Shown: positions 50,395 through 59,302 of the stretch, one piece after another
How positions within the stretch are numbered: the stretch's first letter is position 1
How the letters are laid out: each line of letters starts with the position of its first letter
Virus record (IMG/VR): IMGVR_UViG_3300035661_000001
Location: 124,001-188,000 of that record
DNA length: 64,000 bases
Reading direction: 5' to 3' (one strand)
Translations under genes and position numbers: made by a program
The notes under the pieces: generated by a model
What the model saw: the letters and a program-made list of their open reading frames with translations, nothing else
What the model was told of the DNA's origin: nothing
Databases searched by the model: none

Positions 50395-51108
50395 ATGGAT
50401 AATATGAAATTATCAATTCAAGAAATAATCAAAATTTATCATGAAGTTAAAAGTATTCGTAAAACTGCAACATTATCTGGATATTCCAAATCTGGTGTGG
50501 AATATTTATTAAAGAAAAATAATATAAAATTATTTTCAAAAAATAGAAATGGTGATGAAAATTCTTCGCGCAAAGCAATTGAAAATTTAAATATTAATGA
50601 TCCAAGAAAATTAGTGCGTGATCCAATATATATGTTTGAGCTTTATGTTCAGAATAAAATGTCTATACCTGAAATAGCTAATAAATTACAAATAAGTAAT
50701 ACGACAGTAATTACTGGTTTAAATCAATGTGGCATAAAAAGAAGATCTAAAAAAGAAGCTTTAAAAGGTAAGTCGCGTCCAAATGTACAAGGTTCAAAAA
50801 ATATAAATTGGAGAGGCGGCATTACTGGTTGGCGTAAATTGGCACGAGGCAGATTAAATGAACATTTTGTAAAACCTATTATGGAAAGAGATAATTTTAA
50901 TTGCCAATGGTGTTTTTCTAAAAAAAATATAGTAGTACATCATCATGTAAGATCATTTATGGAAATTGTAAATATTGTTCGTCAACGCATTAATGAATTA
51001 AATATTGAAGATTTTGTAAATGAAATAGTTAAAGAGCATAAATTAAAAGACGGCATTACAATTTGTAAAATTTGCCATGATAATTTTCATAAGGAACATG
51101 GAAAATGA
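50395..51108 (+). CDS. HTH-containing HNH endonuclease
   Basis: NWRGG; RDNFNCQWC..VHHH..GITICKICH..FH. Confidence 0.8.
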   Translation: MDNMKLSIQEIIKIYHEVKSIRKTATLSGYSKSGVEYLLKKNNIKLFSKNRNGDENSSRKAIENLNINDPRKLVRDPIYMFELYVQNKMSIPEIANKLQISNTTVITGLNQCGIKRRSKKEALKGKSRPNVQGSKNINWRGGITGWRKLARGRLNEHFVKPIMERDNFNCQWCFSKKNIVVHHHVRSFMEIVNIVRQRINELNIEDFVNEIVKEHKLKDGITICKICHDNFHKEHGK

Positions 51109-51590
51109 TAATATCTTTTACTGGACACAGACTTGATAAATTGCCAAATAAAGAAACAGGATACAATCTTCCAAATCCAACGTACAATTATGTATGTCAA
51201 GAGATTGAAAAAAATCTTAAACTATTAAATCCTGAAAAAGCCATTTCTGGAATGGCTCTTGGGGTTGATCAGTGGGGCGCCTTCATCTCCCATCGGCTAG
51301 GGATTCCGTTCATAGCCGCGGTACCGTTTGAAGGTCAAGAGAAAAAATGGCCAGCCAAGTCACAAAAGATTTATCATAAACTTATTAGTTTGGCAGCAGA
51401 AGTAATTATAGTCTCTCCTGGTGGATACTCTGTGGAGAAAATGCAAATTAGAAACCAATTCATGGTTGACAGGTGTGATAAACTTATCGCAATTTATAAT
51501 GGTGATAAATCTGGCGGAACAGCAAACTGCGTAAATTATGGAAAATCAATAAATAAAGAAATTATAATTATAGATCCCACCGTGACATAA
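51105..51590 (+). CDS. SLOG superfamily (YspA/DUF1273-like) protein
   Basis: FTGHR, ISGMALGVDQW, PFEGQ..KW, RNQFMVD, SGGT.NC. Confidence 0.88.
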   Translation: MIISFTGHRLDKLPNKETGYNLPNPTYNYVCQEIEKNLKLLNPEKAISGMALGVDQWGAFISHRLGIPFIAAVPFEGQEKKWPAKSQKIYHKLISLAAEVIIVSPGGYSVEKMQIRNQFMVDRCDKLIAIYNGDKSGGTANCVNYGKSINKEIIIIDPTVT

Positions 51591-51643
51591 TTGTGATTAA
51601 AATTTTTTAAGGATTAATCTATGATTATAATGGTATTTATCAT

Positions 51644-52577
51644 ATGAAAGCTATTAATTTAGAAAATCAAAAATTTGGATATTTAACTGCACGGTCATTA
51701 TTAATAAAAAAAGATATTACAAATGCCTATGTATTTGTGGTATAGAAATAAATAGAACTGTATCTCAATTACGTGCCGGTGGTACTTATCAAAGTTGTGG
51801 TTGTAAAAAAAATGAAATATATGAAACAATTTATAATTTAGTAGGTGAAAAATTTGGCGATTTAATAGTTACTAAAAGAATTGGTACAGATAAAAAATCA
51901 AAATCTGTTTTATATGAATGTTTGTGCAAATTATGCGGAAGGAATGCCTTAATTACTTCTAAATCTTTATTGCGTAAAAAACATAAACTTGATCAACATT
52001 GTGGATGCGCCGGTGTTCCAGGAAAAAGATTACCAGGTAATCGTGGAATATTTAATAAATTAGTAGGGTCTTATAAATCAAATGCAAAAAAGAAAAATTT
52101 TCGATTTGGATTAACAGATGAACAATGCAAACAATTATTCGAAAATAATTGTTTTTATTGCGGAGTAGAACCTAAACAAATATTCAAACATAAAAAATGT
52201 CATGGGCAATTAATTTATAATGGCATAGATAGATTAGATAATGAGACGGGATATTTTTATGAAAATGTAGTATCTTGTTGTTCTATATGTAATTATATGA
52301 AAAGCAATCATTCATTAAATGATTTTATTTCTTGGATTGATAAAGTTTATAATAATAGAATTGTTTCTAATTATAGTTGTAATTTATGTGGCACTACATT
52401 AAAACAACAATATTTTGAGGCGGATGATAGAATTTTATCTTGTCCAAATTGTAGATTGGGAAATGATAGTAAATTTGAATTAAGGTTTGAATCTAATGGA
52501 GATTGGCAACAAGGAAGATGTATCACCACTATTAATAATAAAAATTATATGTTATGGGTAAGAGGTGATGAATTAGA
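51644..52577 (+). pseudogene. frameshifted HNH-type endonuclease fused to a Zn-ribbon fragment, truncated by the GC-rich insert
   Basis: KFG.L.V repeats, SCGC, CFYC, NGIDRLDN..GY..ENVVSCC..CN; frameshift near 51695. Confidence 0.65.
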
Positions 52578-53078
52578 CCACCCCGTCTCACCCGGCGAGG
52601 AGGATCACATGCAAGCCGCTAAGGCGCACTTCGCAGAATTTGCCCGCGTCGAGGGGGTGTCCTGCATTCAGGCATCAGATCACGACATGCGCATCTCTCC
52701 AGAGTCTCTCGCAATGTTGCGAGCAGGCATCGCGAGCGGCAAGTCCGAGCCCTCGGTGTACCTCGGAAGTTTCGCGCAATATTTGGATGACGAGGACGAC
52801 GAGTAGTCTTCCCTCTTCCCATCCGTCCCGCTTCGCGCCTTAATCTCGGCGCATGCCGTTCCGTCTAGATTTCACGCCCGAAGCAAGCCGCCAGCTGGCG
52901 GCGCTTGCTCTGGACAGCGGGCTTTCCAAGCGCTTGAAGGCGGTGCGCAAGGCGCTCGCGCTTCTTGAGCAAAATCCGAACCATCCAGGGCTCAACGCTC
53001 ACCAGTGGCGTGGAGAATCGTGTCCGCACAACGGGCAGTTATTTGAGGCATACGCCGAGAACAACACGCCCGGCGCAT
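52578..53078 (+). mobile_element. GC-rich foreign insert carrying a toxin-antitoxin pair
   Basis: Abrupt switch to GC-rich sequence (over 60% by eye) in an AT-rich background, with sharp borders. Confidence 0.75.
52609..52806 (+). CDS. putative antitoxin
   Basis: gaggagg RBS; ..PESLAMLRAGIASGK..YLGSFAQYLDDEDDE acidic tail; directly upstream of a RelE-like gene. Confidence 0.6.
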   Translation: MQAAKAHFAEFARVEGVSCIQASDHDMRISPESLAMLRAGIASGKSEPSVYLGSFAQYLDDEDDE

Positions 53079-53080
53079 GA
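52853..53080 (+). pseudogene. RelE/ParE-superfamily toxin, apparently 3'-truncated
   Basis: F.L.FTPEA..QL..L..KAVRKAL.LL..NP.HPGL..H..FEAYAEN.TPGA; ends at the insert border without the usual R.h strand. Confidence 0.65.
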
Positions 53081-53108
53081 TTACATTACACGTATCGAAA
53101 GAAAACAA

Positions 53109-53255
53109 ATGAAAAAATTACTTGTCGGAATGATTGTTTGCATGATTGGCTGTTCAGTAGATGCTCCTAAAGTTAAGCATCTGGATGCTGGTTTAGGTGG
53201 AAGCTCAAGTGTTTCTTCTGCCTCCGCTTCAAGTGGCGGAGCTGGCGGACAGTAA
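53109..53255 (+). CDS. small putative lipoprotein with Gly/Ser tail
   Basis: MKKLLVGMIVCMIGC lipobox; DAGLGGSSSVSSASASSGGAGG. Confidence 0.6.
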   Translation: MKKLLVGMIVCMIGCSVDAPKVKHLDAGLGGSSSVSSASASSGGAGGQ

Positions 53256-53290
53256 ATAAACCGATCATATCAATAATTTGATATGATCAA

Positions 53291-53380
53291 ACCGGGCGCG
53301 TGGCGGAACTGGCAGACACAGCAGACTCAAAATCTGCCGCCCGTAAGGGCGTGAGGGTTCGAGTCCCTCTTTCGGTACCA
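53291..53380 (+). tRNA. tRNA-Leu (CAA), irregular acceptor stem
   Basis: gcaga-CT CAA AA-tctgc; long variable arm; gaggg-ttcgagt-ccctc; ACCA. Confidence 0.75.
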
Positions 53381-53391
53381 ATATTAACTAT

Positions 53392-53475
53392 GGCTCTGTG
53401 GTGGAATGTTAGACACGCAACGCTTAGAACGTTGTTCCTTCGGGAGTGTAGGTTCAAGTCCTATCAGAGCTACCA
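53392..53475 (+). tRNA. tRNA-Leu (TAG)
   Basis: ggctctg/cagagct; caacg-CT TAG AA-cgttg; long variable arm; ACCA. Confidence 0.9.
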
Positions 53476-53481
53476 AATTAA

Positions 53482-53949
53482 ATGAAGTATTCTAAAGAAA
53501 TATTAGAGAAAATAGCAAAGAAATCCGTTTCTTATCAACAAGTAATGAGAGAGTTAGGATTGAAAATTAGTGGTGGAAGTAGTTCTTACCTAAAATCCAG
53601 ATTCAAACTCTACAATATAGATACTTCGCATTTCACAGGACAGGCTCACAATCGTGGAAAAGTTTCTAATCTTAAAATAAATCATGAAGATATTTTAGTT
53701 TTAGATCGTTTTTGTGGTCGTAGAGATCATGGATGGAGAATTAAACAGGCGCTTATTGAATCTGGTGTTGAAGAAAAATGTGCGTTATGTTTTATCGGTC
53801 CTCAGTGGAATGATAAAAAATTGGTTTTACAAATAGATCATATTGATGGTAATGGGTTAGACAATCGCAAGGAAAATCTAAGATTCTTATGCCCTAATTG
53901 CCATTCTCAAACAGATAATTATTGTTTTAAAAATATTAAATTATGTTAA
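53482..53949 (+). CDS. HNH endonuclease
   Basis: LQIDHIDGNGLDNRKENLRFLCPNCHSQT. Confidence 0.9.
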   Translation: MKYSKEILEKIAKKSVSYQQVMRELGLKISGGSSSYLKSRFKLYNIDTSHFTGQAHNRGKVSNLKINHEDILVLDRFCGRRDHGWRIKQALIESGVEEKCALCFIGPQWNDKKLVLQIDHIDGNGLDNRKENLRFLCPNCHSQTDNYCFKNIKLC

Positions 53950-54125
53950 TAAGACGATATAATATTTACGTACCCATTGCACGTCCAAATTAATTTTTAG
54001 GAAGGGTGACCCATCGCTTCGCAAGAAGTCGAGATGTATTAAGGCAGACTGTGAACAACAGAATCGCTTATTAGATATGGGTTTCGTTGCCTGAGTTTAT
54101 GTAAGAAATTACATAAACTCCTACT

Positions 54126-54199
54126 GGTCTATTAGATTATTGGTAAATCCGAAGACTTTCAATCTTCAGAAACGAGTTCGATCCTCGTATAGATCACCA
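54126..54199 (+). tRNA. tRNA-Glu (TTC)
   Basis: ggtctat/atagatc; gaaga-CT TTC AA-tcttc; T loop ttcgatc; ACCA. Confidence 0.88.
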
Positions 54200-54416
54200 G
54201 AAATAATGAAAGAAGTAAGATGATTAATATAAGACAATTTACCAGGGCTCCCTTTCGTTTTATTTGATAATAATTGGTCGCTAGAGCAAGCTCAACTTGC
54301 AAAAAAGTTTTTAACTGATGATGGATTTATTTGTTCTTTCAAAAAAGAAAGAAAATGTTTAGATTATGATGTACCAACATTAACAGATGTTATGTACGTC
54401 TCTTGGGCATGAAGAA

Positions 54417-54755
54417 ATGTCAAAAGTTGTTCATTGTAAAAAAGAACCATACGACGTATACATAGGTAGACCTTCTCGTTTTGGAAATCCGTTCTCCCAT
54501 CTACCAGGAACTCTTGCGCAATGGAAAGTTGATACAAGAGAAGAAGCAATTGAATGTTTTAAAAATTATCTAATGAATACTCCTATGCTTCTCAAGGCGG
54601 TTAAAGAAGAACTGCGCGACAAAATATTGGGTTGTTGGTGCCGCCCTGAATTTCCTTGTCATGGGGATGTATTGTTGGAAATATCAAACAAGGATGATGA
54701 TAGTGTATTTAATCCCGTTATCAATGGAGTTGATCCTACAGCATTTATTAAATAA
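54417..54755 (+). CDS. DUF4326-family protein
   Basis: VVHC..YDVYIGRPS.FGNPF..REEAI..EL..K.LGCWC.P..CHGDVL. Confidence 0.85.
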   Translation: MSKVVHCKKEPYDVYIGRPSRFGNPFSHLPGTLAQWKVDTREEAIECFKNYLMNTPMLLKAVKEELRDKILGCWCRPEFPCHGDVLLEISNKDDDSVFNPVINGVDPTAFIK

Positions 54756-55548
54756 ATTGTGACCATTTCCTTGGTAAAATTAATTGGCGATATTTATCAA
54801 TTTCAAGAATTTTTGATAAATCAATAATTTGTTGTTTTTGATATAATCTCGCTCTTTTCCAAACTTTTTCAGAAGGATCTTCAAATTTGAATTGATGTTC
54901 AAATCCCAACGAGTGAATTTTGCCACAGAACCAATCTATTAATATTTTATTACCAACGATATTAAAATGACTATTTCTAGAAATTTTAATAGAACCATCT
55001 CCATCAATATACCCTAGAATAAATGGTTTGATAAATTCATCCTTCACATTGGGAATAACTGGATAATAAGTTTTATTATTAACTAAACCCCATTTTGAAA
55101 AATCTTGTTTGAAAATTTTATGATTAAAACATAATCTATTTATTTCTCTATTTTTTCTTTTTGAAATAAATAATTTATCGTATTTTGTCCAATCACAAAA
55201 TTTATTTAAAATACTAATGTCTTGTGCATGAAGGCAAACTTCTAATGTAGACCTATGACTTTGTACTGGACTAATCGACCCATCAGCCAAGCAGAAACCC
55301 ATAAAATACGCAAGCTCATCAGTTTCCTCAAAAAAGAAATTAGTATCAAATATTCTTTGTTTAACCTCTGATCTAGATCGTGTTTTAATATTGTTAGACA
55401 GTAGAAATTTACGCATCCATGCTTCTGATACTTGAAAATCTTTTCCTAAAGATTTTATAGTTTTTCCCGATTCATAAAGTTTTATAATTAACTCACCATT
55501 ATCCATCAATAAATTTGTTTTATTCATGAAACCTCCGTATTCCTGCAT
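54748..55548 (-). CDS. LAGLIDADG homing endonuclease with N-terminal HTH
   Basis: AYFMGFCLADGS and FILGYIDGDGS. Confidence 0.88.
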   Translation of the reverse strand: MQEYGGFMNKTNLLMDNGELIIKLYESGKTIKSLGKDFQVSEAWMRKFLLSNNIKTRSRSEVKQRIFDTNFFFEETDELAYFMGFCLADGSISPVQSHRSTLEVCLHAQDISILNKFCDWTKYDKLFISKRKNREINRLCFNHKIFKQDFSKWGLVNNKTYYPVIPNVKDEFIKPFILGYIDGDGSIKISRNSHFNIVGNKILIDWFCGKIHSLGFEHQFKFEDPSEKVWKRARLYQKQQIIDLSKILEIDKYRQLILPRKWSQFI

Positions 55549-55580
55549 AAAATATTATTGATAGGAGAACAAAATAAAAA

Positions 55581-55886
55581 ATGCATAATAGAATAGTCTC
55601 TATAGAAGAAATAAAAAAATATGATAAAATCATCGATGATGATCCTTTAATACCAACAGCAATGAAAACAATTCAGGTGATACGTGAGGTCTGCCGTGCA
55701 GGTCTTTGGTTATCTGAGCAACTAGTAAAATCAGGATGCCCTGATATTTTAATCCCGAGGATAAGTTGGACGGCAGGCAAGCTTTCATTTGGAAGAGATG
55801 TCTGGGATGTCCACCAGGAAATCTTACAAAAATATCAAGATAATGAATTGTTATTTGAAGAAGATCCTGACGAAATTAAAAACTAA
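55581..55886 (+). CDS. hypothetical protein
   Basis: 101 aa ORF with aggaga RBS. Confidence 0.7.
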   Translation: MHNRIVSIEEIKKYDKIIDDDPLIPTAMKTIQVIREVCRAGLWLSEQLVKSGCPDILIPRISWTAGKLSFGRDVWDVHQEILQKYQDNELLFEEDPDEIKN

Positions 55887-55941
55887 ATATCGAACATTGA
55901 CAATAATTTATTAATTATTACATTTTGGAAAAGGTAAAATA

Positions 55942-57078
55942 ATGGCGAATAACAACACTCAAATGGCAAGTTCAGATTTCAATCTTGAAAGACTCAACAC
56001 CAAAGACCTCGCGGAACATGTTGCTTCATCAATTGATATTGGTGGTAATATCGCAATTTTTGGTCGTAGAGGAACTGGTAAAACTGAAATTTCCAAACAA
56101 GAAATTAAGAAGTCTGAATTACAAGAAGTGTATATCAACTTATCCGTTTTGGAAAGAGTAGATATGGGAGGCTATCCAGACATCATGGGTCGAGCCTCAG
56201 AAGAAGAAAAACGTAGAAAGTTCGTTGACTTCTTGCTGCCCAAATTCTATGAGCCAATGCTTGTAGGTAAAAGAGGCGTAGTCGCTCTCTTAGATGAAGT
56301 TGATAAAGCTGATCCAAGTTTGTGGGCACCTCTTTTGGAGTTCACTCAGTTTAAATCTATCAATGGCAATCCCTTACCTAATCTGCAAGCAATTATCATG
56401 ACTGGAAATTTGATTAGCGAAGGTGGTGCAAGACCAAGCTTGCCCTTGTTGGATAGAGCTGAAAAGTATTTGGTAGAAGCAGATGCTACTTCTTGGTTGG
56501 AATGGGCTGGTAAATCAGGACATATTCATCCTTCTATTACCGCATATATTTTAGATCATCCTAAGGATCTTTTCGGAGCTGTAGATCCAGAAGATCGTTA
56601 TGCAGATCCTTCACCTCGTGGCTGGCACCGAGCATCCGATATTCTTAACAAAGGTGAAGCGAAGGGTTGGTCACCAGTCCTGTTGAATAAGAAAGTTTGC
56701 GGTTGTATTGGTAAAGATGCTGGTATTGCATACAGCAATTATTATGAACACTATCAGCAACTGCTACCTATGGTAGAAGACATTTATCATGGTAAGGATG
56801 TATCAAAACGCTATGAAGCAATGGAGCCTACCAAGAAATTGGTTGCCTGTATGATTACTTGTGCCCGGCTGGCAACTCAGCTAGATCAGTCAAAAGGTAA
56901 AGACATTCCAGAGTCTGTTGGAAATGTTGGTAAATTCTTACAGAAAGTTTCTTCGGAAAATGTATTGGTAACTGTTAGAAGCCAAGTTCGGATCGATCGT
57001 ATCATTGATTATAATTTGGATGAGCATCCTGATTGGGAGTCTATCATGGCTAAAATCAACAAACAAGTAGATGACTGA
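55942..57078 (+). CDS. MoxR-like AAA+ ATPase
   Basis: Walker A GRRGTGKT, Walker B LLDEVD, TGN, LLDR, PSPRGW. Confidence 0.9.
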   Translation: MANNNTQMASSDFNLERLNTKDLAEHVASSIDIGGNIAIFGRRGTGKTEISKQEIKKSELQEVYINLSVLERVDMGGYPDIMGRASEEEKRRKFVDFLLPKFYEPMLVGKRGVVALLDEVDKADPSLWAPLLEFTQFKSINGNPLPNLQAIIMTGNLISEGGARPSLPLLDRAEKYLVEADATSWLEWAGKSGHIHPSITAYILDHPKDLFGAVDPEDRYADPSPRGWHRASDILNKGEAKGWSPVLLNKKVCGCIGKDAGIAYSNYYEHYQQLLPMVEDIYHGKDVSKRYEAMEPTKKLVACMITCARLATQLDQSKGKDIPESVGNVGKFLQKVSSENVLVTVRSQVRIDRIIDYNLDEHPDWESIMAKINKQVDD

Positions 57079-57113
57079 TACGTCACTCTGATGTATGATC
57101 CTAATGGAGAAAT

Positions 57114-58763
57114 ATGAAATTTTCTAAGATAATTGGAAAAACTAATGATAAGATGGTAGCCCAGGCTGAAGAGAAACTATCTCAGGTTTTTTTGGAGCTG
57201 GGCACCGCTTATGATAACGGTCACATTGGTTCAGGTATGGGAGGAGATCCTTTAATCTTCGGATTAATGTATCCTGTAGAACATATCTGTACTATGAATA
57301 TTCCAACTGCTGCCACAGATGGCAAAAGATATTATTGGAATCCCAAATTCGTAATTAAACAATCTAGAATTGGTTTACGTATTATTTGTGGTCACGAAGC
57401 TTGGCACGCCCTGTATATGCATCCTCAGCGCAGAGGATCTCGTTTACCTAAATTGTGGAACATCGCTGTTGATTATATTGTTAATAGCACTGTTATGGAT
57501 GATTTTAAAGCTCGCAAAATGAATGCTGCCGAAATGTTTGTCAAACATCTTGGCAAATTCATGACACTGCCACAATATGCAGAATTACTTAAAGACCCTT
57601 TCGCTAATCATAAAGGATTTGACGATCTGGATCCAACTGCTGGCGCACACGAATCAAGTATTTCTCTTCCAGGTCCAAATGAAGATCGTGAATTAACTGC
57701 TGAAGAACAAAAAGAATTGGAAAAAAGAGAAAAACCAGTTCGTTTTTATTATGCAGATCCGGACCTAACAGAAGAGATGAGAAGCCCAGAGAAGATTTAT
57801 GATTTTCTTTATAGCTTACTTCCTAAATGTCCTAAGTGCGGTAGTGTAGGAGTATACAAACCTCCGTCAAAAAATAAGGGCGGCGCTGGTAAAAACAAAT
57901 CTGAAGACAAGGAAAAATCTCAGGGCAAAGGTAAAGAACAAGACAAACATAATCATGAACATGGTGATGGAGAATCTTGTGATTGCGGTGAGCCTCATGA
58001 TGGTCAGGGTCAAGATCAAGACGGCAAAGGTTGTTGTGACCAGTGTGGCGGTGGTGTTGATATCTTTGGTTTAGGTGGTACCGTTGATGATCATATGGAT
58101 ACTGAAGAAACCCAAGAGAAACTAGCTAAGAGAGTTTCTGATGCTATGGAAGCTGCTAGAAAAATGGCAGGATATGTTCCAGCAGCATTGGAAGATGAAC
58201 TTGGAAAGTTAACTGCCCCTAGAGTAACTTGGCGAGATATTGTTAGAACGAAATTGTTAAAAGTTCGTGCTGGTAATGGAAGAAATGATTGGACCAGATT
58301 TAGAAGTCGTCCAATGTTTAGTGGGGTAATGACTCCTAAAAGAAGAAATTATTTTGCTCATTTCGGATGCTTGTTAGATACGTCTGGTAGTATGTCAAGA
58401 GATGATATGGCTCTTGGTATTAGTCAGCTTCAAGGACTAGATGATCGTGGAGAATGTGTTTTAACTTGTGGTGATGCTGAGATTTACTGGGATACCAGCG
58501 CAAAAATCAAAAGATGCAATGCTGAAGAATTACGCAAGATTGTTCCAAAGGGTCGAGGCGGTACGATGTATGCTTCTTATTTCTCTGATTATAGAAAACA
58601 TATTGGTGAATGTGACTTCTTAATTGTTATTAGCGATTTGTACTTATTAGACCAAGATGTTGCAGAAATGAAAGATCCTGGCGTTGATGTATTTTGGCTA
58701 TGTACCAGCAACAATACTTCTTTCAAAGCGCCATTTGGGAGAGTACTTCATTTAGATAAATAA
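57114..58763 (+). CDS. DUF2201-type metallopeptidase + VWA domain protein
   Basis: TAATDG, HEAWH (HExxH), WNIA.D; C-terminal MIDAS DTSGSM, GRGGT, ISD. Confidence 0.88.
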   Translation: MKFSKIIGKTNDKMVAQAEEKLSQVFLELGTAYDNGHIGSGMGGDPLIFGLMYPVEHICTMNIPTAATDGKRYYWNPKFVIKQSRIGLRIICGHEAWHALYMHPQRRGSRLPKLWNIAVDYIVNSTVMDDFKARKMNAAEMFVKHLGKFMTLPQYAELLKDPFANHKGFDDLDPTAGAHESSISLPGPNEDRELTAEEQKELEKREKPVRFYYADPDLTEEMRSPEKIYDFLYSLLPKCPKCGSVGVYKPPSKNKGGAGKNKSEDKEKSQGKGKEQDKHNHEHGDGESCDCGEPHDGQGQDQDGKGCCDQCGGGVDIFGLGGTVDDHMDTEETQEKLAKRVSDAMEAARKMAGYVPAALEDELGKLTAPRVTWRDIVRTKLLKVRAGNGRNDWTRFRSRPMFSGVMTPKRRNYFAHFGCLLDTSGSMSRDDMALGISQLQGLDDRGECVLTCGDAEIYWDTSAKIKRCNAEELRKIVPKGRGGTMYASYFSDYRKHIGECDFLIVISDLYLLDQDVAEMKDPGVDVFWLCTSNNTSFKAPFGRVLHLDK

Positions 58764-58765
58764 AA

Positions 58766-58808
58766 TAAAAGAAACGGACAGAAGAATTCTTCTGTCCATT
58801 TCTTTTTG
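58766..58808 (+). terminator. intrinsic terminator
   Basis: ggacagaag-aatt-cttctgtcc hairpin followed by atttcttttt. Confidence 0.7.
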
Positions 58809-58819
58809 AAAGTTCCAAT

Positions 58820-59257
58820 ATGAAAAGTGATAAATATCAAATTTACAAAGAGCCTGTTTCCGATATAGAAGAATATTTATTACTTGTCGCATTATTTGTA
58901 ACAGATCCTAAAATGAATCCTAACCAGGATTTAGATTTTTTCGTAGAATTAATATTTGATAGTAAATGGGGTCATATCCACACTAGGTTTTGTCGGTACT
59001 TTTTAGTAAAAAATGAAGATTATCTTTTTACATTTGAAGCTATTTCTAAATTTTTAGAATTTTTATCTGTAGATTCAATTTTATTTACTAATGATTTTTT
59101 CCATACCTTGTGTTCAGATTACCCTTCTGTTATGGTTGAAAAGGTATTTAATAATTTACCAAATTATTTGAAACATCAATCATTAGAAGTTCTTGTTAAA
59201 TACGACAAAATAGTAAATGAAATTCCAAGAATTAAAACTTACATGGTATTTTCATGA
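58820..59257 (+). CDS. hypothetical protein with shared C-terminal motif
   Basis: ends RIKTYMVFS. Confidence 0.7.
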   Translation: MKSDKYQIYKEPVSDIEEYLLLVALFVTDPKMNPNQDLDFFVELIFDSKWGHIHTRFCRYFLVKNEDYLFTFEAISKFLEFLSVDSILFTNDFFHTLCSDYPSVMVEKVFNNLPNYLKHQSLEVLVKYDKIVNEIPRIKTYMVFS

Positions 59258-59302
59258 TTAAAAATTATACAATAGAATTTAGGCGATATCAAATCAGCCA
59301 TT

